NCBI RefSeq assembly: GCF_006345805.1
Contig: NC_043016.1
Span: 12,586,001-12,650,000 of the forward strand
Direction of reading: 5' to 3'
From: Octopus sinensis
Taxonomy: Eukaryota
DNA length: 64,000 nucleotides
The notes below the pieces were generated by a model that ran no database searches, was not told the DNA's origin, and saw only the letters and a program-made list of their open reading frames with translations. Both the position numbers and the translations under genes were made by a program. Numbering within the stretch: position 1 is the first letter of the stretch; every line of letters starts with the position of its first letter. Shown here piece by piece: positions 37,586 to 50,310 of this stretch.

Positions 37586-37604
37586 AAATCACAATAAAAA
37601 ATGG

Positions 37605-38050
37605 AAATTGTAGTTGTGGCCGATGCCAGTGCTGCCTTCCTGAATCTCGTGCTGGTGGCTCACAGTAAGCACCATTCATGCATGGGTCATTACCAGTGCC
37701 ATCTGACTGGCTCCCCGTGCCGGTGGCATGTAAAAAGCACCATCCGAATGTGGTGGATGCCAGATCCCCTGCCCTGACTGGCTCCTGTGCTGGCAGCATG
37801 TAAAAAGTACCATCTGAACGTGGCCAATGCCAGAGCCGCCTGACAAGCTCCCGTCCCAGTGGCATGTAAAAGGCACCTATTACACTCTTAGAGTGGTTGG
37901 CATTAGGAAGGGCATCCAGTTGTAGAAACCTTGCCAGATCAGATTGGAGTTTGGTGCAGCCTACTGGCTTGCCAGTCACCAGTCAAACCGTCCAACCCAT
38001 GCCAGCATGGAAAACGGATGTTAGATGATGATGATGATGATGATGATGAT
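37605..38050 (+). mobile_element. RTE-tail repeat with several internal GTGCC-GGT-GGCA(C/T)GTAAAAAGCACC units
   Basis: Shared tail and (GAT)n end. Confidence 0.85.
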
Positions 38051-38868
38051 TGACAACATCAAACTCACCCGGTCTCAGATGACCTGCAGAGGTCATGAGT
38101 ACTTTCAAAATCATTAAAGGACAAATGATTATTTTCTAAAACACACACACACACACACACCTTTTTCTCCTTTCCGTCTCTCTAATCCTTCCATTCTATT
38201 TCCTTCTGTTTTACCTGATCAATACATACATATTTACCTGCTGCAAAGTGCATTTCTATTTTGAACGCTATGCCATGCAGTACATTTGAGTAAGCTGTGA
38301 TTAGCATATTTTGAATTAACTGTTAAGTATGCATATCGACATCCAACAACTGAAAATAACCTTTCGCTCGTTTGAGAGAGACAGAGACTGTTCCCCAGTT
38401 TGGACATTTGAACATTTAGACAATCTGTGAGCTTGAGGTTTGCAAGTTCTTAATTAAACAAAATTTTGATTAAATTTTCAACTGTTAAAATGTCTTTTTT
38501 TTTTTTTTGCTTGCTTTTAAATTGTTAGTGTAACTGAAACTCTATTGCATAATGTGTGTGTGTGTGTGTGTATAAACATCAAACAATGGGAATGAGTGCT
38601 CAACACTGCCATTGGTGGATAAAGATTATTTGTGTATTAAGGCTACCATTGATTCATGTTAAGGAAATATCTTAACAAATCTTCAAACCAAACGCATAGA
38701 AAAATTGGTGTTCATCTCCATTTTGGGTTTAATGAGAGAGAGAATATTCTTTGTCATCAACCATTCCACTCCTCCACTCTTGAATACTATAGCTACATTA
38801 ACTCCTAATTCCTTCTCCTCCCCACACCCTTCCAGCCATTAATTACCAACACTTCCTGACCATCAGTT

Positions 38869-38913
<45 letters not shown>

Positions 38914-41413
38914 TCTCTCATCTACCTTGTGGGCACACTCGGACAGCTCATCATCACCAGCTTTAGCCGTCTTTCCTGCGCCATCTCTATTCTCCCTCAC
39001 TCTTAAATAATACAAGGTAGCCATGTATCTACTTGTGGAAAGATTCTGACAACTCCCTAATTGACTAAAGGTGGACTGACTCATTGTTAAAGAACTGTAA
39101 TTGGCAGTTCATTTTGGTAGCAGTTCACTGTGATCCTTTGATAAAGAGCATTGAGTCTCATGTCATAGTAATAGTAGTTGTGTATATACTACCCCCCCCC
39201 CCCGCTTCAATATATTATATATTCAATACTAGGATATAAAACTACCCTACAGTAGAAAACCTCTTCTGGTGTTTTGTATCATACTTTAACCTCTCAACAT
39301 GTAACATAAAGCCACCTCCTTTTCTACTATATGTCTCTGCGCCCACTCAGGCTGGAGAATTCTTTAGTTTTATGAGTTATTTGGTGACCTCTCTAATGCT
39401 GGTGCCTTGGAAAACAGAATGTATACACTGTAAAAGTGTAGTTGGTGTTAGGGGGTTGAGCCATGCTCAAGCAGACACAGGAGTATGTCTCTCTACTCTG
39501 ACTCATTGGATCCTGTCAAACTGTCCAATCCATGCCAACATGGAAAATCGACTTGTGCATTTATAAATGAAATCTTAAAAGTAGGATTGTCCAATGCCTG
39601 TTATTGTAAATAAATAAATAAATAAAAAATACTTTTAGAGCGGATTAATTTTATATTCAGCTCTTAGGCTCATATGCACGTACGCACAAACACCCACCCA
39701 CACACGTGCATGCCTTAATACACACTCGATTAAATTAATTTTGGTGCTTAGCTGTTTCATATTATTTTTTCGTTTGTTGCATTTAAATGTTAATTAACTG
39801 AAATCATTATTGTCTTTGTCATTGGATAGGTGGGTGGGTGGATGGCCAATTATTTGGAATGGTGGTGACAATTAAAAATTGGTCCATGTTGTTAATATCT
39901 CTATCATGGCCTAAGTTCACATAACTTGGTATTTGTTAACTTTTGCAGTGCTATTTACGCTAGTGAGCTATTTGCATACTAATAATGTCTACTTGTGTCT
40001 AAGTGGTCTGGTAGCTTGAGAATTTATTGTTCTGGCTGTGTATATTTCCTATAACTAGTAAACATGATATGATCAGTTGCCTCCTTGGCTGATTGTTTAG
40101 TATCAACTTTATCAACTTAGCCATCTTTGTTCTCATACTTGATCTAAAGAGCATGTGTAGCCTACTACAGAGTTTTCCCTTGGCTAACAAGCTCAAAGCA
40201 GAAATGTTATCAGCAACAAATTGTTATAGTTTCAGGAGAAATATAGCCACATTTATTATAAATTAAAACTGTCTACTCTTCCAATCTAAAACTGGCGCCA
40301 CTATGAGTCAACCTCATCCATTTTTTTTTTTTCATTTCTGTATTTTACTCTTATTTAGAGCATCTCCTTTACATTTGTGGCAGTTAATAAACTTATTATA
40401 AAATATGCATAATTGAGGGATTCTTTTCAGCAGCAGTTTTTCTTTGAAGAATTTATGGGTTTTTCTTCCTTGATTCATTTTCATAATGTGAGTGTGTGTG
40501 GCCTAGTGGTTAGGGTGTTCCATGCACAAACTGTGGTTTCGATTCCTGGCTTCGGTGTTCTTGCACAAAACACTTCATTTTGTGTTGTTTTAGTATACTC
40601 AACTGTAAATAACTTCTCAGCAACAGCAGAGAAATTAACTCTGCAATCAACTGGCATTCCATTCAGGAGGAAATCTGTTTTAATCTCGGACAAACATATG
40701 CCCCATGGAAATTGGTTTAAGCTTCGTCCTTATACGAGTCCTGGGGATCATGACAGATTGAAGCTATTTTCCTTAATTGGAAACCTAGATAGAAATTTTG
40801 GGGTAGGTAAGGGATTGAATCTGGCTGGTTTGAGCATAAAACAAGTAGAATATTTAGGTTGGATATGGACAGTTCAAATGCTAAAGGGTTGATTGCTTGT
40901 CTTGTATCTATTCCTGCTTCTACTGTTACTTCAGGGAGGTAAGTTTTCTTTTTGGTTGAATATGGAATCCATTTCTCCACAGAAGTATCTCAATTAGTCG
41001 AGATAGTTTCAAATCAAATGTTACCTCTAAATGTTGATTATTTTCATGTCATAAATAATTCCTAAATGAATGCTAATTTATGTGCAATGGTTGGTACTTG
41101 TGGAAAATAGATTTGTGGGATAATATTTATTTGGCCACTACACCAAATAAGCTTTGTTCAAAGCTGTGAAAACCAAAATTAAATCCCACGAAAATAAACA
41201 TAAACAATAGATCTTTGGGTGAGACAACTCTCTAAATAGTCTCCAAAGTGATTGGCTTTAAAATTCAAAAGTATATGAGCAGCTATATTAACAGCAGCAT
41301 ATGATAAAATGCATTGTGTGGCACCACCACCACCATCATCTGCTTTCTACATGCTAAATTAACTATAATGAGAAGTAGTATAACTTGTATGGCTTACTTT
41401 CTCATATATATAT

Positions 41414-41445
<32 letters not shown>

Positions 41446-41913
41446 ATATATATATAAATAAATGTTTTTAATTATAATGATAATAATTATTATTATTATT
41501 ATTATTGTTATTATTAAGCCAAAATAATGCAAATTATAAAAGTATAGGTTGGTGATTTTACCTGGTATTTCAATATTTCAAGGTTAGCACTTATTCTTCA
41601 GGAAATCTTTGGAGTAAAGGTGTTGTTAGCTGACTTCTCTCATCATTTTCATAACTTGCATTGTTTTGGTTTAAACAGAAAATGTTTTAAAATAGTAAAA
41701 TGTAACATTTTTATTAGTAGAGATTATTAATTGCATTATTAACCAAATTGTCTTTTGTTAAGATTTACCTTCTGTTTCTACATTAATATTTTCTTATAAT
41801 TTTTATAAGTAAAACCCCAAAGTCATTATTTTCTTATTTGAATGTATGTTTTTCTATTTCATCAAATCCAGCTTTAATATAAAATTTTTTTTTTTTTTTT
41901 GCTTTCTCCACAG

Positions 41914-42024
41914 AGAAGTGCCCAGTATCTTCATAAAGAACTGCCCGTTCGAATTGCTCACAGAATTGGCGGCTTCAGAGGACTGCCATTTATTGTTGGC
42001 TGCAATCCAACAATTTTGCAAGTG
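41914..42024 (+). CDS. BCKDK: BCKDK coding exon 3
   Basis: CACAG acceptor, [43 protein letters not shown] donor. Carries the BCKDK signature [22 protein letters not shown]; 111 nt. Confidence 0.97.
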
Positions 42025-42088
42025 GTAAGTTTTTTTCTTTTTTTTTCTTTTCCAATGGGACACTCCAATCTGCTCTTTCCTCCCTCTA

Positions 42089-42119
<31 letters not shown>

Positions 42120-42121
<2 letters not shown>

Positions 42122-42970
42122 GGCTAGCTGGCAGAATCGTCAGCAGTATTTTGTCTGTTGTTACATTCTAAGTTCGAGTTCCGCCAAGGTTGTCTTTTAT
42201 CTTTTCAGAGTTGATGAATTAAGTACCAGTTGAGCACTGGGGTTGATGTAATCAATTAGTCTCCTCTCCCTAAAATTTCAGGCCTTGTACCTATATTAGA
42301 GAGGATTATTAATATTAAGGTGACGAGCTGGCAGAATTGTTAGCACACTGTGCAAAGTACTTAGTGGCGTTGTTTTACGTTCTGTGTTCAAATTCTGCTG
42401 AGGTCAATTTTTGCTTTCATCCTTTCGTGGTTGATGAAATAAGTACCAGTTGAGCATTTGGGTCGATGTAATCGACTAGTCCCCTTCCCCAAATTTCAGG
42501 CCTTGTGCCTTTAGCAGATAGGACTATTATTATTATTATCGTTAAGGGGGTGAGCTGGTGGAATAGTTGCATGCTGGGTAAAATACTTAATGGTATTCTG
42601 TCTGTTTTATGTTCTGAGTTCAAATGCCGCCGAGATTGATTTTTGCCTTTCATCCTTCTGGGGTTGATAAAATAAGTACCAGTTGAGCACTGGGGTTGAT
42701 TTAATTGACTTACCTTGTCTCCCAAAATTGCTGGCCTTGAGTCAAAACTTGAAGCCAAAAAGCTGGCAGAATTGTTAACACACTGGGCAAAATGCTTAGC
42801 GGTATTTTGCCCATCTTTACATTCTGAGTTCAAATTCTGCCGAGATTGACTTTGCCTTTCATTCTTCTGGGGTTGATAAATTAAATACCAGTCAAGTACT
42901 GGGGTTGATGTGATTGACTAGTCCCCTCTCCATAAATTTCAGACCTTGTGCCTAATGTAGAAAGGATTTT
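42120..42970 (+). mobile_element. Head-to-tail array of about four family A SINE copies
   Basis: GCTGG(C/T)(A/G)GAAT...TTCAAAT...CATCCTT...TACCAGT...GGCCTTG recurs at about 42127, 42327, 42553 and 42762, mostly separated by (TTA)n. Confidence 0.85.
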
Positions 42971-43851
42971 TATTATTATCATTATTATTATTATGATCAT
43001 CATCATGTATCTTTTCTAGAGAGGTACAATGGATGCAAGGTGCTGAATTCTTGACTGCATGGTCATGAGCTCAAACAATTATAGAAACCATTGTATTGAT
43101 TTGCGCAAAACTTTCGTTTTCTTCAGTCACTCTGTTGAGTAGGCTATTTGAAAAACAATTGCTCCAATAAACACTTTTTCACCCATGAAGCCAAAAAGTG
43201 AATGAGATAAAAGAAGTCTTTAGCTTATAGCTTTTTCAAAGTTTTGGATTGAGAAGGAAAAGTTGTAAAGTATGGATATATGTGACACAGTCTTTGAATG
43301 CAACGTGTACATTTTTTGGCTGTGTGATTAAGATTAGTAACTGTGTTTCTCAATATATGGCACTTTAGGTAAGTGTTCTCTACTCTAATTTTGGGTAATC
43401 ACTTGTTTGTAGGATTTGGTGCATACAAGCCCTTAATTTGTGTGTCTTTTATTTGTTTCAGTCATTTGACTGCAGCCATGTTGGGGCACCACTCCTCTGA
43501 AGCGTTTTAGTCAAACAAATTGACCCCTATACTTATTTTTCTTTTTAAGCCGGGTATTTATTGTTGGTACCTTCTGTGGAACGCCTAAGTTACAGAGACA
43601 TAAACAAACCAAGACTGGTTGCCAAATTATGGTGGAAGGACAAAGGAACACGCACACGACTATGAGGTTCTGTGATTGATGCTGCATTATACCTTGGACA
43701 AGTGTATTCTACGAAAGCTTTAGGATTGACTGGCAGATTATTTTGTGTGTGTATACATATCATCATCATTTAACATCTGTTGTCAATAAATGATGATGAT
43801 GATATATACACACACATTTATATTCAAATATGAATGGGAAGCAGCCCAAGG

Positions 43852-44126
43852 GATATAAACAATATTGAACACACATACACAAGGCATGTGTTTTGCCAGT
43901 TACCAGTTTGTGGGCAGGCTGTGATTATAGGCATAGGAGAATTTATTCTCCCTAATTCTGCTGGTGTTAAGTCACCTAGAAGTAATAGAGGGGACTTGAT
44001 ACAAGTCATCTTGCTTTTCTATGACTTCCAGGTGTTTTAACACCAGGTGAATTGAAGATAATATATTCTCTTATGCTTAACTGCCAAAACATGTGCCTTG
44101 TGTATGTGTGTTTGATATTGTTTATA
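43852..44126. repeat. Diverged foldback inverted repeat
   Basis: ATAAACAATATTGAACACACATACACAAGGCATGTGTTTTGCCAGTTA pairs with about 44079-44125. The inner arms also pair around ACTTGATACAAGT. Confidence 0.85.
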
Positions 44127-45109
44127 CATACATGCATACACATACAAAACAGGCTTCAACATAGTTTCCGTCACAAGGCATCAGCTGACCCAGGTCTCTC
44201 GTGGAAGACACTTGTTCAAGGTGTTGCATAGTGGGACTGAACCTGAAACGATGCGGTTGCAAGGAAAGCTTCTTAGTAAACTAAGAAACCAACTACTTTA
44301 TAAACAAAGTCCTTTGATGTATCATCTGCATTGAGTTAACTTGCTCTTATCACTGTTGTGGTCATAAATACAGTAAAGGCATCCAGCCGTAAAAATCCTG
44401 CCAAAACAAACACAGAAGTCTGGTACAGTCTTCTCCCTGGCCAGCTCCTTTCAAGCTGTTCAACCCATGCCTGCATGGATGTTAAACGATGATGATGATG
44501 ATGACAATAAGCTAATGACTAAATACCCTGCTCCTTCCTGGAAACCTGTAACCAAATATGCTGTTGTCTATAAACTATGATATTAAATAAATACCCCATG
44601 TTGGCACTTTGTAGGAAGCACTTGTGCCAGTGCCACATAAGGAAATTTTTATCAGTGCTACATAAGGAAATTTCTATCAGTGCCACATGAGAAGAGCCTG
44701 TGCCATGCCATACTGATGTCATGTAAAAGCACACCCTGGAAAGTGGTTGGCATAAGGAAGGGTATCTCTCCACCACCACTTGACAACCAGTGTTGGTTTG
44801 TTTATGCCTCCCATGAATTAGTGCTTCAGCAAAAAGAGACTGAGGCAGGCTTTAAAAAAATAACTACTGTGTCAGTTTGTCCTACTAAACCCTTAAAGAC
44901 CGGTGTAGCCCCAGCATGGCCACAGTCCAATAACTGTAATTAGTAAGCATCTGCCCCTTTTTGGGGGAGCGGGGTATATCTAAAATCTTTTATGAATCAC
45001 GTCATGAAAAAAAAAGTCACAGAAAGCAAAAAATATTCACTATATTTGCTTCTTTTTCTTTTCTCTAATATTTTATCATTAAATGATTACTTTTGTTTTC
45101 CTCTTTTAG

Positions 45110-45157
45110 CATGAAATGTACATTCGGGCATTCAACATATTAACTGAATTTCCAAGT
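45110..45157 (+). CDS. BCKDK: BCKDK coding exon 4
   Basis: TTTTAG acceptor, HEMYIRAFNILTEFPS, GTAAGT donor. Matches HELYIRAFQKLTDFPP; 48 nt. Confidence 0.95.
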
Positions 45158-45550
45158 GTAAGTCATTTTATTTAAATTTATCTGGTAATAACTTTTATTC
45201 TAGGTAACATCATATAAAAATCTATCAAAACCATACTTCACACTGAACCACTCTATCAAAAGCATTAAATGCCAAATAAACAAAACTCATCAATTATTGA
45301 TGGTACAGTTATATGTTCCCTAACATTATATTAGTAAAATTGTTGTGATAATTTTAGAGGTTAATTATTGCTGACTGACTTTTGCACTTTTGTATCATTG
45401 CACTATAAGCATTCAATTCACTGTAATTTCATTACTTTCTGTAAATTCTGGATGAATAAATGTTGCAGAAATTTTAATTTCTTTTACCTTCTGGCATTCA
45501 GATTATTCTGTCAAATGCAATGCTTATTTATTCACATTGTTTTGAATTAA

Positions 45551-45711
45551 CCCATTTCAACCCAGGTTTTTCAATTTTGCAATTTATTGAAATTTTGAAG
45601 ATAGTTATATAAATAGGGATAACAAACATACGGAAGCGTCCAGTTAACCTTTATTGCAGTAAACAAACCAAATACAACTGTCCTCAAACAAGGATAGTGG
45701 GTTAAAATGGG
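45551..45711. mobile_element. piggyBac-type MITE
   Basis: TTAA|CCCATTTCAACCCA ... TGGGTTAAAATGGG|TTAA: 13/14 TIR with TTAA TSD. Confidence 0.8.
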
Positions 45712-45877
45712 TTAATTATGCATTATCTCATAGTTGCAAGATTGCGATGATGTGAAATTTTACTTTTAGAATGACATTGTAGGGTAAATGTGAAAGGCCA
45801 GATCTGGCCAATTTGAGCATAAAAGAGGTTGACTATTTGAGCCAGATATGGCTGGTTTGAATGCTAAAGGGTTAGGA

Positions 45878-46109
45878 CAGTGGTTCTGAACCAGGGTCCA
45901 CATGGCCCCTGGGTGGGGGTCAAACAAAATAGTAATTTGGAGATCAACTGTATTTCTCTAACGTTTAACATAGTTCAACATGTTTCTTGCTAATGTGTGA
46001 AAAACTAAATAGGAATTTTGAAAGAAATATCTTTAAGACTAGCTTTTAAACATTGAATAGCTATGGGGGTCTGGAGGACAATGGATAAAACAATGGTTGA
46101 GGACCACTA
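45878..46109. mobile_element. hAT (Charlie-like) MITE
   Basis: CAGTGGTTCTGAACCA ... TGGTTGAGGACCACTA TIRs; 8 bp flanks GGTTAGGA/GGTTTGGG (6/8) as a decayed TSD. Confidence 0.72.
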
Positions 46110-46224
46110 GGTTTGGGAAATGCTACACAGTAAAGACTCATTTACAAAGAGGACACACACACACATTATAAATGATAATTTGATTTTTTTTTTTGAAGTG
46201 TACTTTTCTTTTTATTATTTACAG

Positions 46225-46344
46225 ATTCATAACTTTGAGGATGAGCAAAAATATAGTCAAACGTTGAAAAGTCTTTTGGATGATCATAAAGATGTAGTCT
46301 CTTTATTGGCTGAAGGTCTTGGAGAATCTCGCAAACATATCAAA
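46225..46344 (+). CDS. BCKDK: BCKDK coding exon 5
   Basis: TACAG acceptor, [46 protein letters not shown] donor. Matches [23 protein letters not shown]; 120 nt. Confidence 0.96.
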
Positions 46345-46675
46345 GTAATTTGAATTAATTTTTAAAAGTTCAACATAAATGACATTAAACTTTATAAGCA
46401 CCAATTTCAGCTAAGAACTGAGCAACTGATCAGGTCCAAACCTGAATCTTATATATATACATATATATATATATATATAATATATATATATTTGCCCTGA
46501 TTGATCACTGGCCACTAAATCTTTTTTATTTTCTCTCTGCTTATTTCTGTGTTCCTTTCTGTGTAGTGTAGGCTCGAAACGTAAAAGACTTTCTCACTTT
46601 CCGAGCGTTAAACTAATACATCTGTTTGTTGTTTTACACACGTCTTTGTCTTATGTTTTGTATTGTGTAAATCCC

Positions 46676-46744
<69 letters not shown>

Positions 46745-47034
46745 TCCTTCTTGACATTATAACCTGTTACTTTATGCTTTCGAAGGATCTGTGAAATAGA
46801 AAATCCTTTACTTAGATAACAAGTAATGATTGGCAATTGGAAGAGCAACTAGCCATAAAGTTCTATTGCTAATAAGTCCCAGTCCAGCTTATGCTAGCTT
46901 GGAAAAATGGGTGTCAAATGAACAAATAAGCTTAAGATATACTTGCAGATGCTCAGAAATACATACATGCAGCGCTTTTATTGATATATTATTTTCTTCT
47001 TTGTAATTTTGAATATTTTATTTTTTATTTTTAG

Positions 47035-47133
47035 GATGACAACTTGATAAAAATCTTTCTTGATCGTACTTTAACTTCAAGACTGGGTATTCGAATGTTA
47101 GCAGAGCATCACTTGGCAATGCACGAAGAAAAG
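47035..47133 (+). CDS. BCKDK: BCKDK coding exon 6
   Basis: TTTTAG acceptor, [39 protein letters not shown] donor. Carries the [17 protein letters not shown] motif; 99 nt. Confidence 0.97.
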
Positions 47134-49411
47134 GTATGTTTCTTTAAATGACAATTGGATAAAAACTATTTCTTTCCTCTTGAAAATATCTTTCAATTTT
47201 TTTTTTCCACTCTTTACTATTTTAGTTTAAATGGATCCTCACTACTAAGAATGTTAATGGGACTGTTAGAAAGAAATTTAGAATCTTAGAATTATGTTAG
47301 CTTTTGGATATCTAAGTGAAAATATATTTAATTCTTGGATTGTATAGCTTCATTAAGCCATCATTGCCTTTTTTTTATTTTTTCGTCTTTAGAGTAAGTC
47401 TAAGTTATTTTTCTGTGATATTTCTATGCATTATCTTTATTCTTTCTCAGTACTGAGGTATTATTTGCACAATATTTCAAAGCTCACATGTTATTCTAGT
47501 TGAACAAAAATAAATATATACATATATTAGTTGACTTATTTTAATGTTGATATATTGGCTAATTAAGGGGAAGAGGGATATTTGGGTTTTTGTATGGAAA
47601 TGAGAGAAACACAAATTGGAGTTTTGTCATCATTTGCAAATCATCATAAGAAGATAAGTGTTTGCTGTTCTGTTTCGCAAAATAGTCAAGTGAGTGACTG
47701 TTAGATATTGGGTTTCATTTATTTTGTAATGTGTGATTTATATGAGTTATTAGGGTTTTGGAGTTGAGTAAATGAGTATTAAAGTATACAGTCAGTTTAT
47801 CAAATATATTTAGGTTTTATAGGTGGTGGTAGAAGGAATGAGGTTTGGATGTTGTGCTATTATAGTATCTACAATGAATACCTTTGTAGAGAGACTGGTT
47901 TTGGTGTAGTATAGATGTATGTGTGTGTGTGTATTATAGCGATGTGATAAATATAAGGTGCAAAGTTATGTAATGAAATGCAAGTTTTTCTGCTCAACTT
48001 TTAATGAAAAAATATTAAAACTATTCTAAGACTTTAGTTACCAAATGTGAAATGTGTTTTTGGAATATCCAGGGTAAATTATTTTTATTAAACCTAACCA
48101 TGAATTTATGTCTGTAGAGCAGCATTTACACTGTATTAAGCACAGAATAATTGATAATCATCTTTGATATTATCCAAAGAATAGCTTCTTTTACATTTCT
48201 GGGAAGTTTTCGTTCTACATGCAAAAAGAACAAAGCATTTTTTTAAACATTACAATACTTTAATAAGGTTTGATGACTTGTTTACTTGTCATATCCTACC
48301 ACTTACTTATTTGAATAATTTTAGACTGTTTTCTTCCAATAGTAGTTGGGTCAAAGTGGAGCTCTCGTAATGAAATTCTTATACAGATTGAGTTTATCTT
48401 TGATTGGTTCTATATGCTTCTAGTTGAATTAGAATAACTTGTTTTCACCAAGCTTAGAAACTCTTGTAGCATTGCTGGCCAAATCAAACACTTGTATGTT
48501 TCTTTCTAATTGAAATACTTGTTTTACTTTTTAAATTGCAGACAATGTAATATTACTCAAGCAAATGGCATTATGCAAATTAGCTCGTCTCATTACTAGC
48601 TAGTCTTAGCAGTCTTTAATCTTATTTTCTGATATTTAAATAATTTAACTTTGGCTCATCATCATCATAGTCATTTAACGTCCGCTTTCCATGCTAGCAT
48701 GGGTCAGATGGTTTGACTGAGGGCTGGCAAGCTGGGAGGCTGCACCAGGTTCCAATCTGATCTGGTAAGGTTTCTACAGCTGGATGCCCTTCCTAACGCC
48801 AACCACTCCAAGATTGGGTGCTTTTTATGTGCCTCTGGCACAGTAGCTCGTCAAGTGACACTGACATTGGCTATGCTCAAATAGTGCTTTTGCATGCCAC
48901 CAGCTCAGTTTATATTTTCGAGTTATTGCAGATATTTTGTTATTCTGATTTATTCCAATATTCTAAAATTTGAATGAATGAATGAAATTGTCTATTAGAC
49001 TGTAGATTATTTCAAAAGTTGTTGACTATAATTTTTTTTTAAAGTTATATTTATTTTCCTGATAAAATTTCAGTTACTGAAAATGACTTCACTTTTACTC
49101 TCAGCGTTGGATCCTAGTTAACACCAGTTTATCCAAATCGTTGGTAACTTTTAATAAAAATTTTTTTTTTTTCACTGTGATAAGGTTCGTAGTAATTCTC
49201 CTGACACCCCCTTCTTTTGTATCTTTATAAATAGGAATTAGTGAAATTGGAAGCTGTGTTTAATCGTTTTTCAGACCTTGAAACTTTTGTGATACAATTT
49301 TCTGCGTTTATTTTAAACAAAAACCATTATTCATTGTATTGTAAACTCATATCTCTTCTACCGTGCCTTTTTTTTTTTCCCCCAAGGCCTATTTCTGATG
49401 GCATAGTTTGT

Positions 49412-49446
49412 GTTGAGGGTCTTAGAGAACCTCGCAAACGTATCAA
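49412..49446 (+). pseudogene. Diverged copy of the 3' end of BCKDK exon 5 inside intron 6
   Basis: 30/35 identity to 46309-46343, all differences transitions. Translates VEGLREPRKRI versus [11 protein letters not shown]. Confidence 0.7.
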
Positions 49447-50216
49447 TTTCTTGTTTGAAACTCATTTGATTTAGTTTTGAATCCTTCAGTAGAAGAAAGG
49501 CCGAGTGGGTTTAATTAGCGTAAAGCACAAATGGGCCTCAAAGTGGGACAAAATTCTAGACGAGTGTCACAATCTTAACCTCGATTTGAAAGTAAGGTGG
49601 GTGTAACGGGAGATAACTCTCAAGTTATAGATAAGTTTTTCTTTCTGAATTTCTTTATTGGTTGTTAGGTTTAACATTGTGAACAAATGTTCGATAATGT
49701 TCTTTGCGTTAGAAAAAATGCCTCAGCTTTTATTTAAAATGTTCAGTTAATGAAAATATTTTATCAGAATGCAATTCCATTTATATTAACTATTAATTTT
49801 GTCATTAGTTAGATTAAGTAATTCTTTACTTGTAGAACGGTTCAATGACAATAATTATCTTTTCCTATTTATATTATTTAAAAAAAAATTCTTGTTCTTA
49901 GATTTAATGAGTATTCTACCAATTCTCGTATTTTAAAAGTAAAAGTCATATTGTTTTGATCTTAGAAAATGGATATTACTATGGAAATATTGATAAATTA
50001 CAATTTATAGGAAAGAGACGTACAATCTCAGACCCACTTTCTGATTTCATCTTATATATACTGGCAAAACTATATAACAATTTTCTTTGAAATATTTTCG
50101 TTGTTTATAAATACAGTTTTTGTTAACTCTTAAACCACCACAGACGTTCAGGTTTTCTAGATGTGTTATGTGTAGCTCTAATAAACTCTTTTCTACCTCT
50201 GTGGTCTCGACTGTAT

Positions 50217-50310
50217 TCTTAGTCGTCTTTTGTTAATTCTCAGATTCTGTAAAATATAAATGATCTTAGTCGTCTTTTGTTAATTCTCAGATTCTGTAAA
50301 ATATAAATGA
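50217..50310 (+). repeat. Exact 47 bp tandem duplication
   Basis: TCTTAGTCGTCTTTTGTTAATTCTCAGATTCTGTAAAATATAAATGA occurs twice in tandem. Confidence 0.95.

Noticed and set aside
40413-40892. 159 aa ORF in intron 2
   Set aside because: Made of a decayed tRNA-like SINE head plus a MITE fragment; no recognisable protein similarity.
42120-42970. Repeat-spacer appearance suggestive of CRISPR
   Set aside because: Units are about 200 bp diverged SINEs in a eukaryotic intron, with no cas genes.
41914-47133. Alternative assignment as pyruvate dehydrogenase kinase (PDK)
   Set aside because: The motifs [29 protein letters not shown] and [11 protein letters not shown] are BCKDK-type, not PDK-type.
49241-49474. 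77 aa ORF as an in-frame mutually exclusive exon 7
   Set aside because: The AG acceptor puts it one base out of frame with exon 6 and the frame ends in a stop. Kept only as a cryptic or poison exon finding.
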